Assembly: GCF_016433145.1 (NCBI RefSeq)
Contig: NC_058132.1
Coordinates: 88,270,260-88,334,259 of the forward strand
Length of the DNA: 64,000 nucleotides
Direction of reading: 5' to 3'
DNA from: Gracilinanus agilis
Lineage: Eukaryota
Positions 39,114-49,438 of this stretch are shown piece by piece. A program made the position numbers and the translations under genes. The notes under the pieces were generated by a model that did not search any database, had not been told where the DNA came from, and saw only the letters and a program-made list of their open reading frames with translations. The stretch's first letter is position 1; each line of letters opens with the position of its first letter.

Positions 39114-39752
39114 TGTCTTAATTTTCGACACAATGACTCACCACAGGGTTTGAATAGGTAACAAGGGGATTTATTAATACTAGGGTCAGTCAGAAGGGGG
39201 AAGGGGTTCAGGGCTTTCTAACTGCTGCCAGGGAGAGGGGTGAGGGTGGGGATGGGTCATGGAGAGGTTTAGACAGAGAGAGCCCGGCGCTCCCAGTCAG
39301 GAAGATTTGGCTGCCTTTTAAGTAAAGTCTTTATCAAATCTAGGAGTAACTTATTTGAGGATACTCTACTAGCCTATAGAAACTAAACCCACAATGTCTA
39401 TTCACCAAGCCCTCCGTTCCAACCAGAACCCAAAGGAAAATCAGGGAAGGGGAGGGATGGAGATGGGAGATCAGGGAGAGGTCCAGAGAAATGAGATAGG
39501 TCCAAATTTCCCCAAAACAAAATAAGCACAGGCCAAGGCCGAAGCAATTAGGCCAAAGCCAAAAGGCCAAAGCAAAAACCTCCAGCCACAGCGAAAGCCA
39601 GAAGGCAAAAGCCCCGTCAGTTGGAACTTCACCTCTATTTATAGCATTAAGTTCTAACTGACTTTCTGAACATTCTAAGATGTTTAACTGACTTTTTGTG
39701 ACCGTTAGAAATTACAGAAGCAAAAAGCTTCTTTTAGCTACCTTGCATTACA
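39114..39752 (-). mobile_element. ERV solo LTR b, apparently nested in LTR a
   Basis: TGT...ACA termini, minus-strand TATAAATA (39636-39643) and a polyA-signal-like TTTATT near 39170. No matching TSD found. Confidence 0.65.
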
Positions 39753-40160
39753 TATATTCCAGTCCCTAATCTGGATAAATTTACACTAAACCAAACCCCC
39801 CTTTTAATGGTAATGGAGAAGTGGTCTATGGCAGGTTACCTGGGCCTAGAGAAAAGATCTTGGATCCACAAGGACCCCACACCTGATCTTACAGACAGCT
39901 GGTCCAAAAGACTCAGGATCATACTAGGAACTCAGTAGATCATAACAATTAGCAGGTAAGCAAGTAGGATGGGAGATTAAAGTAGTACAAACACCAAGGA
40001 AAGTAGCCAGTTTTCTCCAAGCCAAACCAGAGAAAAACAACACACCTTCCAGGTAACTGTCTGAACCCACTTTTTCATTCTAGAATTCTCTCCCTGTTAG
40101 TCTCATGCCTCTGCCCTCTGCAAACTTACTTAAACCCTCTCTTCTTTATAACACTACTAC

Positions 40161-40698
40161 TGTCATTTGATGGGCACTGAAATAGGGGAATGGGGAAGTC
40201 TGGAAATACTTGATATGACAGTTAAACACTCAACTTATCCAGGGAAACCAATTAAATATTTGTGAGTCAATTGGGGTTATAATGAGACAGTAGGAAGCAA
40301 CATAAAAGGATTTTAATAATAACATAAAGGTAGGGCAAATGGGAATGGGGCAAAAACAACTCTTAACCACTATAGGAGGGAAGATATAGGGGTTAGGTTG
40401 TCCAGGAAATCAGGGCAGGGAAGATAAAACTTACACTACACTATACTAGATTAAATACAAGCTTGACAGGGTTTGGGGATCTCACTATTTGCTCCAATGA
40501 TGTTCTCTGCTGTCCCAGGGTCCAGGATGTTGGTACAGTCTACTAACTCCACTGGGTCACTCCAATAGGCTATCACAGATCTAGAGGCCCATCCAAAGCT
40601 GTTGATCCAGACCTATTTTGTAGTTCCTCAAGTGGGGCTTCTTCAGTGAGATCAGGCCACAAGCTCTTCCACCAATGGCAAACCTTCCAATTGTCACA
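40161..40698 (-). mobile_element. ERV solo LTR c
   Basis: TGTCA...TCACA termini with the same architecture as LTR a. TSD not evident. Confidence 0.55.
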
Positions 40699-41319
40699 GT
40701 GTTCAAAAGTGCTGTGCCCTTTCTGCCATATTCCAAAAGCCCTTAGAATGTTCAAATCGAGCTTGCATTTTCAAATATGCTTTTCTAAATTTTACACTTA
40801 CCTACCTTACCTTATTCCTTATTACAGCACAATCTGAATTTTTAAAAAATGATTGAGTTTTATTTAACTATGAAGCATTTTTTTCCAACCCACTTCCCCC
40901 CACACACAAGAAAACAAGAATTCTTGAATTACCTAAGCACAGTCAAGCAAAACTTTCCCTTATTGGTCATGCCTAAAAATGCATTTCTTATTCTGCATGT
41001 TGGTCCATCATTTTTCTTTCATAAGGTGGGCAATGTTCTCCTTTATCAGTCCTCTAGAATCATGGTTGATCATAGTCCTTAAAAGCTTTTCCAAATTGTT
41101 TATTTTTTATAATATTAATATGATTGTATAAATTGTTTTTCTACTTTGGGTTATTTCACTCTGCGTCAGTATATTATACAAATCTTTCCATGTCTCTTTT
41201 GAAATCATCTTCTTCCTCATTTCTTACAGTACAATATTAATCCATTATATTCATATATCACAAATTATTCATTCTCCAATTAATGGCCATCTCCTTAGTT
41301 TCCAGGGTTTTTTTTAATA

Positions 41320-41370
<51 letters not shown>

Positions 41371-42770
41371 GCTAGCTACTCTAAATATTTTTGTATATAC
41401 AGAACATTTTCCATATTTTTCAGTATCTGAGATGTAGACTTAACAGTGGTATTATTGGGTCAAAGAGCATGCATAGTTTGGTAACTTTTGGCATTATGCT
41501 AATCTTAATAGATTGGTGAAGGATATGTGATTGCCAAAGGCCACTGAAGTTCAGAAGAATCACTGTTCTTGGGCTAGAGGAAGTGCTTTCATCTGACTGA
41601 TTACTCTATACCCCAAAGAACCTCCCTGCCTCCTGCCACTGTCATTGATATGACTGTTCCATTTGAGAACAGATATTCTACTTTTGAATCAGTGGTGGGG
41701 AGGGGGGTTGGGTATTCTTGAAAAAATTGTAAAATATTACATAGTGCATCAGCATCTAGCCCCAGAAGGCTATAGAATTTATAGTAATCAGATGATTATG
41801 AGGGAAGGATGATGAATTTCTTTTTTATTATTTTAGCAAGGATCTTTAAACCAAAAGTAACTTGTTTTCCTATTGCAGTCATTTGTCTTGCTGTTTTTAT
41901 ATCATATTCAGATGTTAACTTTCATTTCTCATGTTTTTTGAGTACCTATGATAATACTATTTTTTTCACTTTAAGGTAATGGCTGTTTAAGGTCCAATCT
42001 GTTATCACTGTGTCTAGATTTGGCCACATTAGTGCCAACTAGGGAGCAATATTAGTCAAGTTAATAAACATTCATTATTTTGTGCCAGAGATACAAAAGG
42101 TGAAAACAGTCACTGATTTTAAGGAGCTAACAATCCAATGAAGGAGATAACATGCCAAGAACTCTATATAAACAAGCTATTAAAGCCTTAAACCTGCACT
42201 AAGTCTTTTGGGACAGACTATAAGGCTATTTTAGAGGTAATTTCTGAGAGAACATAGGTGTATTAAAGACATTTAGGAAAGGCTTTAAGTCCAGTAGTGT
42301 GTGTATTTCATCTACAACTGAGTCTGAGAATAGCTAAGATACAAGGTAGTGATTCTTTGGGAATTTAGATCCATTAGGGTGAGAGCCAGGTGGTATGAGG
42401 TGGCAAGATTAGACAGTGTATATATAGCATAATTTTGGGGAAGATTTAAATGATGACCTTGAAACACAGATAGTGATTAGATCATAGGAAGTTAATATTT
42501 TCACTGTATAACACATTGCTTAGACTTTTGTTACAGTGATTGCTTTGCTTTTTTTATTTGTATTCCCAATGCTTAGCACACTGACTGTCACATAGTATTT
42601 GATAAATTCAGATTTATATTAACAAAATAAACAAGATTCAAAAGTTTAAGTTTAAAAAGCCAGACTGACCTGTAGCTTTCCTTTCCTCCCCCTTTCTCAG
42701 CACAGTCATAATAGAAAGAAAATTGTGCTTTCTATTCTTTGTTCTGCTGTCATAGCATTTGCAATATATA

Positions 42771-42804
<34 letters not shown>

Positions 42805-43579
42805 CTCTGTATTCCTTCTCTGCAGATTGTACAGTGATTAAACTGCAGACATTTGTTTCCCCAGAGGACATTTGGAAAAGTTTCCAAATCAAACCCATAT
42901 CCACATTATTTTCATAAATGATCAGCTTCACTATTATTCAGAACAGCTCACGTGGTAAATGAGCACACACACACAAAGAACATCACCTGTATCTACCCTA
43001 AGCAAATCGAAGTTTAGGTAGAGAAATGGACTTTCTTTGTTTGAGGCATATATGGGTGTTTTTTTCTTTTCCCCCTTTGGCAGCTGGAGAGATGGGAGCA
43101 TTTTTTTCCCTATTTTTTTTTTTTTTTAAATAGGAGATGGGGCTTGTGTGGGCAGGCCTAAAGTTGGAGCAGGATTTGCTGGTGTTCTCGCTTCTACTGT
43201 CCTTGCCTGAGCCTAGTCCTAAAATTCTTCAGATTCAAGAGGCTAACGCCAAGGCTGGGGCTGGGCTTGGGGAGGAGATGGTGCAGGCCGAGGCCTCTTT
43301 CAGTTTTTCAGTCAGCATGTATTTACTAAGCAATTAATCTAGGTTATGCTGTGGTCAGACGCTGAGTAAAACAGTTCCTGCCCTCAAGTAGTTCACAGTG
43401 GAATGGGGGAGACGATACGCAAACAATTAATGGAAGGACAAGGCTTAGACTAGATGAATTCGGAATAATAAGGGAAAGAAAACTAGCATTCTTTTCAAAA
43501 GTTGCTGTCATTTGCTCCCAGCAAGAGGGGTTCGGTACTATAGTCACAACATGAAGTAAATAGCAAGAGAAATGATTCT

Positions 43580-44760
43580 CCGGAGTTTCTGCGCAGGCTC
43601 CTTTCGATCGCTTCTGCACCAATCACAACACCCCAAGCGATGTGTTGTCTCCTTTTTTCCCCGCCTCCTGCTTCTTTCCCCAACGCGTTCTATAGGGCGC
43701 GAGTGACGTCATCGCGCTCCAGAGTGTGTAACGATATTACGCACAGCGTGCACCGGAAAAAGAATTTCGCCTTCCGTTTTTTGTTCGGCGGTTCTGGCGG
43801 CGGTCCTGTATTTGTCGCGACTTCTCCTCTTCCTCGGCAACCCAACCTCTCACCGTGGTCTGTGATGGGGCGCACGTCGAAAGACAAGCGTGATGTCTAC
43901 TACCGGCTGGCCAAGGAGGAGGGCTGGCGGGCTCGCAGCGCCTTCAAACTTCTCCAGCTGGATGAGGAGTTCCAGCTCTTCAGCGGTGTGAGTCGGGCTG
44001 TGGATCTCTGCGCCGCCCCCGGGAGCTGGAGTCAGGTGCTGAGTCGCAAGCTCGGGGAGGATGGGTCCCCGGCCTGCATCGTAGCTGTGGATCTGCAGGC
44101 CATGGCGCCCTTGCCCGGGGTGGTGCAGATTCAAGGTGACATCACCAAAGCATCCACGGCGCAGGAGATTATCGGGCACTTTGAGGGGGAGCCTGCCGAT
44201 TTGGTAGTATGTGATGGCGCCCCTGACGTCACTGGGCTGCACGACATTGACGAGTACATCCAGGCCCAGCTTCTTCTGGCGGCCCTCAACATAGCCATTC
44301 ATGTCTTGAAGCCCGGTGGGAGCTTCGTAGCCAAGATCTTCCGAGGCCGGGACGTCACCCTACTCTACTCCCAGCTTCGCATCTTTTTCCCGGAAGTGGT
44401 GTGTGCCAAGCCCCGGAGCAGCCGTAACTCCAGCATTGAAGCCTTCGCTGTGTGCCGCGGCTTTGCGCTCCCGAAAGGCTACGTGCCCAGCATGCTGAAC
44501 CCCCTGCTGGACCACAGCTACCACGGGGACTTCAACCAGCTCGAGGGCCCCACAAGGGTCATCGTGCCCTTTCTGGCATGTGGGGACCTGAGTGCTTATG
44601 ATTCAGACCGCACCTACCCACTGCAGCTGGAGGGGGCCCATGAGTACAGGTACACGCCACCAGCACAGCCACCCATCAGCCCGCCCTACCAAGAGGCCTG
44701 CAAACTCAAGAAGTCTGGGTGTCTGGGTCGGTGCACACTGCACCCTGAGTTTTTGTCCGA
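43580..44760 (+). promoter_or_regulatory. CpG island over the FTSJ1 promoter and gene body
   Basis: Dense CpG and high GC in an otherwise AT-rich, CpG-depleted window. Motifs: TGCGCA (43590-43595), CCAAT (43619-43623), GC box CCCCGCCTCC (43659-43668), CRE TGACGTCA (43704-43711), CCGGAA (43753-43758). Confidence 0.85.
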
Positions 44761-44923
44761 TTCCCAGGAGCAGGGATCCACTGAGTCTGAGGAGGATAGC
44801 GAGGATGAGAGCTACAAGGATAGTGACAAGGAGGAGAGCGACAAGGAGGGTGAGGAGGAGGGCGAGGAGGAGGGTGAGCAAGCTCCTGACCAAGCCTCCG
44901 ACTCCCTCACCCAGGACCCCTAG
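43865..44923 (+). CDS. FTSJ1: Intronless FTSJ1/TRM7 tRNA (C32/G34) 2'-O-methyltransferase, 352 aa, probable functional retrogene
   Basis: The ATG at 43865 gives [33 protein letters not shown]. The SAM-binding motif DLCAAPGSW and all four K-D-K-E catalytic motifs (AFK, CDGAPD, VAKIF, SIEAF) are intact. The ORF is uninterrupted, whereas vertebrate FTSJ1 is multi-exon. The 75 upstream codons of the 427-aa track ORF are promoter/5'UTR, not homologous protein. Confidence 0.95.
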   Translation: MGRTSKDKRDVYYRLAKEEGWRARSAFKLLQLDEEFQLFSGVSRAVDLCAAPGSWSQVLSRKLGEDGSPACIVAVDLQAMAPLPGVVQIQGDITKASTAQEIIGHFEGEPADLVVCDGAPDVTGLHDIDEYIQAQLLLAALNIAIHVLKPGGSFVAKIFRGRDVTLLYSQLRIFFPEVVCAKPRSSRNSSIEAFAVCRGFALPKGYVPSMLNPLLDHSYHGDFNQLEGPTRVIVPFLACGDLSAYDSDRTYPLQLEGAHEYRYTPPAQPPISPPYQEACKLKKSGCLGRCTLHPEFLSDSQEQGSTESEEDSEDESYKDSDKEESDKEGEEEGEEEGEQAPDQASDSLTQDP

Positions 44924-45126
44924 GGAGGAGTCCCCCCCCCCCCAAAAGGACCTCAGTAAACATTCTTATAGCTTCCAAGGACTGTAATCCTCTAGATGCA
45001 AGCTTTTCCCTTGATTATTTCTCCTACTTGTTGGGTAAACTTAAAGGGCTTGGGACTTTGCCAGAGCCGTAGTTAAGATTGATAGACGTGTTTGTGTGTG
45101 TTTATGTGCCTTTTTATTTACAATTA

Positions 45127-45132
45127 AATAAA
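45127..45132 (+). terminator. Candidate FTSJ1 polyadenylation signal
   Basis: AATAAA about 200 bp after the stop, followed by T-rich sequence. No residual poly(A) tail is visible. Confidence 0.5.
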
Positions 45133-48100
45133 TTTTCTTATTTATGTTAAATTTGACCATTTTCTTCATAATGAAAATTAATTTCATTAATGTCTTTTTT
45201 ATATTGATTAAATTCTTCTCAATATCTCTCCTCCCAGAGAGGCACTCTCTATATAATAGTTTTTATTTTTATTTTTTATAGTAAAGGGAAGATGGGGGCA
45301 TATAGGTACACTTTAGTGGATAGAGAGACTGAGGTCCTATGTTCAAATTTGGTCTCTGACACTTCCTAGCTGGGTACCCTGGGCAAGAAACTTTAACTCC
45401 ATTCCCTATCTTTTATGGCTCTTCTGCCTTAGAACCAATACATAGGATTGATTCTAAGATGGAGTGTGACAGGGCTATTTATTTTTAAAGAGAAGAGAAA
45501 AAGAATCAGTAAAACTTATCACTACTTTGCAAAACTGGGAAAAAATGCAAACTTCTGTACCCCGGAAGGCTCCCAATTTTACAGAGTAATAGGGGAAGAT
45601 ATTTTCTAATATATCTTGGAGTAATTTTTTTTTTTTTTTGTAATTCTATAGCATTCACTTTAAATTGTTTTGTGGTTGTTCTTATCTATATTTGAGTTAC
45701 AGGAGTAGTTTGGCATTTGCTTCCTTTAATAGGAATTAACCAAAGTGCTTTTTGATTGGCAGTTGAGTGACTTGTAATCCTAACCCTTACTTTCTAATTC
45801 CTGTTGATGCATGTTTTTCTTTGTTTAAATTTAGATAATTAGGTACACATAGTTGCAAAATCATCACACTAACTCAGATCCGATTTTTTGTTGTTTCTGG
45901 AGAAACAGGCTGTGAGAAGTATGGGATTATTTGCTACTTCCTTTCCTTTTGCAGCTAACTGCATAATATAAGACTTGGGAAAGAGGGAGTTAACCAGGTA
46001 TTTTCTTCTTAGACAATGGGGGTTAAGTGACTTGCCCAGGGTCACACAGCTGGGATGTGTCTGAGGTCAGATTTGAACCTAGGACCTCACATCTCTAGGC
46101 CTGGCTCTCATCCACTGAGCTATCCAGCTGCCCCTGACGAAGTATTTTAATGTAACAACTAAATAAAATAAAATAATTAAAACCCAACAAGGAGTCAGGA
46201 CATGCCCAGGCTTCAGCAGCAGATCTACAAAGAGTCATATTACTGCAAACTCCTTGTTACCGAGATGCCCTACTTCTATGTGAGGAACTTCCTTTCTGTA
46301 GCCTGCAAACACTTGTTTGTTTTTTATCCCTGAACCCTGTGTCTCACCCATATACCTGAGGGTTTTTCAATTTTGAGAGTTTCTTTAAAATTTTTTTTTA
46401 TTCTGATATAATTCCCAAGCTTTTTGGACATTTATTCACTTTTGTAAAATTTTATTTCAGGTTGGTTAGTTTCAAAATTTTAAAGTCTGAAATAAACACC
46501 TACATTGATTTTATTATGCAATTAACTAATCCTTAAAAGCAAAGGAAATGGCAAATATTCCCATACTTCTCACATGTAATTATATTCAAAATAAATCAAA
46601 ATTCAAATGAGTTAACATTTCTAAAGTTCTTTACAAACTTTAAAGCACTATATAAAGCATGGTATATATATATATGCTGGTAAAACTATAAATTGATAAG
46701 TCTTATGATTTTATCATTAGATGACTTTTATAAGCCTTTACAACTTTTAGTCTGTGAGCCTAAGAATCCTAAGATCCTAAGATATGTAATTTGTTATATT
46801 TCTATCTATAACATACTTTAAAAATTATACTTAAATGATTCAGTAGTTGTATGACACATGAATCTGTCAGTAGGAGCATTCCCTTTGTGGCAGATCTATT
46901 GTCCTTTCAGCTGGTAATATTTTTGTCTATATTTCTGTAAATCACATAGAATTTAACACTTTCTTCCTTTGGTGAAGGTCAGTGAAAAGAGATCTAAGTT
47001 TGGATTTAGATGATTTGAGCTTGAATTTCTACCCACTAAGTACCTAACAAATTTGGGGAAATCATTTCACTTATGTCGTTATTGCTTTGACAGATGAAGA
47101 GGAGAGGAGGGAAGAAGATCCTTCAGGAATCCTCTAAATGCTTCTCCAAGCCTCTGAGTTTCCTCCTAGTTTTTCAGCATCATCTGCTTTGGGAGAAGGA
47201 AAATGGGGATAATGCTGATGAGGCAAGGCAAAGAAACAAGCTGTGGCTTCTTGGGATTGTCTCTACCTGCTCTGTAATAGCTAGCATTTATAAAGGGCTT
47301 TGCCACTTTTTTATTTCCACAGCCACCATGGGTGATATCCTGATTTTATAGTTAAGGAAACTTAAGTAGGATAAGTGGTTTGTCTGGGATCATACAGCTA
47401 TTAAGTGTCTGGGGCTTGATTTGAACTTAAGTTTTCCTGACTATCCAGCACCCTATCCAAAGCACCACCTAATTGCCTTGTAATTATAAAGCTCCCCATT
47501 TCTTGAGATTTAAAGTTTCTTCTCAGCTTTGACTTCAAAATGTGAAAGCATTATTTTCCCAGACTAAATCTTGTATACTTGAATTTTGGGAGTGGGAAAG
47601 GTAATAGTGGTGGTGAAGGAAGGGCTACGGTTTTTATTTTGGAAGAATATAAGAACCAGAGTTACATCTGAGTCTCAGTATCAAGATCTACTGTTCCAGA
47701 AGGGCCAGTGGATCTCTGAGGGATGGCATATTTCAACAACCTAAGAGTCAGCAGAACTAGTCCCTTGTCTTGAGAGTAAGTGGTTCTGTTTTTCATTATA
47801 TCTATTAAATGAACCTGAAGAAATAGTTCTCAACTTTCATTACTGACATTCTGTGGATCTATTGTGAAGTTAGTGCCAGTGGACTTCTACTCAGCTACAA
47901 CTTTAGTAGTAACTGAATGATTCTTTCTCCATGACCTCAGGCAAATCATTTTCCTTTTCTAGAGTTGCAGTTTTCTCTGCAAAATCAAGGAGTTAGATTA
48001 GATAGTCTCTTCTAGTCATAATATGGTACTTTGAGGATTTGTAGAGCACTTCAAGCTCCTTTTTCTAGATACTTCCTCCAAAACATATTTTCCGTAAAGA

Positions 48101-49246
48101 TTATTATTCCATAATGCTCCCTCTCTCCACCTCCACTAACTGATTCTTGAATATCAAGTGCACAGAAATGCCTACATGCTTGGGTCAGTGTAAACATCTT
48201 GTTGGAGAGTAGAGGTAGATGATCATCCCAATGTTCACCTTATGGTGTTCTGGGGTTTTTGTTCTGGGGTTTTTGTCTCCTTCCACAAGATAGTACCTAT
48301 CTCTTCCCTGCCATCTTCCCAATTGATAGTACTCCTCATGCCACAAGTCCTAGGCAAGGTTTGTGCTATTTGTCCCAGGTGCAAATAATTACTAAGGTAC
48401 CTTTTATGTTAAATCCTTAGCAGTTTGATTTGTCTTGTGGTCAGTGCTTTGTATATTGTATTGAAAAAACTATATAAATGTGACATAAACTATATAGCAT
48501 TTGTGATATTCTTTCTTCACATGTATGGGCCCCATCCATTTACATAAGCTCTCCCAGCTTTCAAGTACTCTTTACATTTACATGAACTCAACAACCAAAG
48601 TTCATGAGTCTACGTGGACAGGTTTGCTTTTATTAGAAGACACAATTAATTAAATACAAATGCATTTAGTGAAACACATAGTAAAACTATGGAACAATAT
48701 TATAATTTTTAATGATAGCATAGTGTCATTGTGGAATGATGTGTACTTGATTCTGCTGGTCTAGAAACAGAATTCAATTCCAGCCTTGCTTTTCCACACC
48801 TTGGGAGATATTTAAAGATGAAATCTTTTCTTTGGCTACAGCTCTCTCCTTCCCCCTCTTCTCTTGGAGAATTGATCAGTCACACTCATTTAGCTCACTT
48901 TTTTAATCTACTAGTGGTATGGTGGGTTTCAGGTCCAGGTTGTCCCATCCTTTGCTATTTTATCAAGTTCATATCAGACAAAATGTTAGTGGTACAATCA
49001 CAATAGTTCAGAGGCCCCTGTTAGGAAAATTCCTAATATTCAGACAAAAGTTATACCATGGTTTAATTTCACATTTTCCTTAAGTCTAGCTAATCCCTGG
49101 CCTCTGTATTTGAGACAGGATCAGTGTTTAGGAAATATAAAGTTAAAAGAATGAACAGGCTATTTTACAATATGGGTACTGGAAGTTTTTAAAAAAAAAA
49201 AAAGCAGATCATTTTTGGAACTGATTTTATTTAAGAGATCATTACA

Positions 49247-49438
49247 GGGGCAGCTGGGTAGCTCAGTGGATTGAGAATCAGGCCTAGAGATGGGAGGTCC
49301 TAGGTTCAAATCCAGCCTCAGACACTTCCCAGCTGTGTGACTCTGGGCGAGTCACTTGACCCCCATTGCCCACCCTTACCACTCTTACACCAAGGAACCA
49401 ATACACAGAAGTTAAGGGTTTGGAAAAAAAAAAAAAAA
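49247..49438 (+). mobile_element. Young SINE1_Mdo-type SINE
   Basis: Full head, poly(A) tail and an 11-bp TSD AGATCATTACA. Confidence 0.95.

Noticed and set aside
43640-43864. 75-aa N-terminal extension of FTSJ1 in the 427-aa ORF
   Set aside because: Homology starts at MGRTSK (43865). The extension overlaps the CRE/GC-box promoter, and its ATG lies upstream of the likely TSS. An open frame is expected in GC-rich DNA.
43850-44302. 150-aa antisense ORF (also 44592-44987 and 44603-44893)
   Set aside because: Shadow ORFs of GC-rich FTSJ1 codons, with no recognisable domain.
43500-45140. Target-site duplication or poly(A) tail around the FTSJ1 retrocopy
   Set aside because: None identifiable. 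The C-run at about 44932-44943 is not a tail. Retroposition is inferred from intron loss only.
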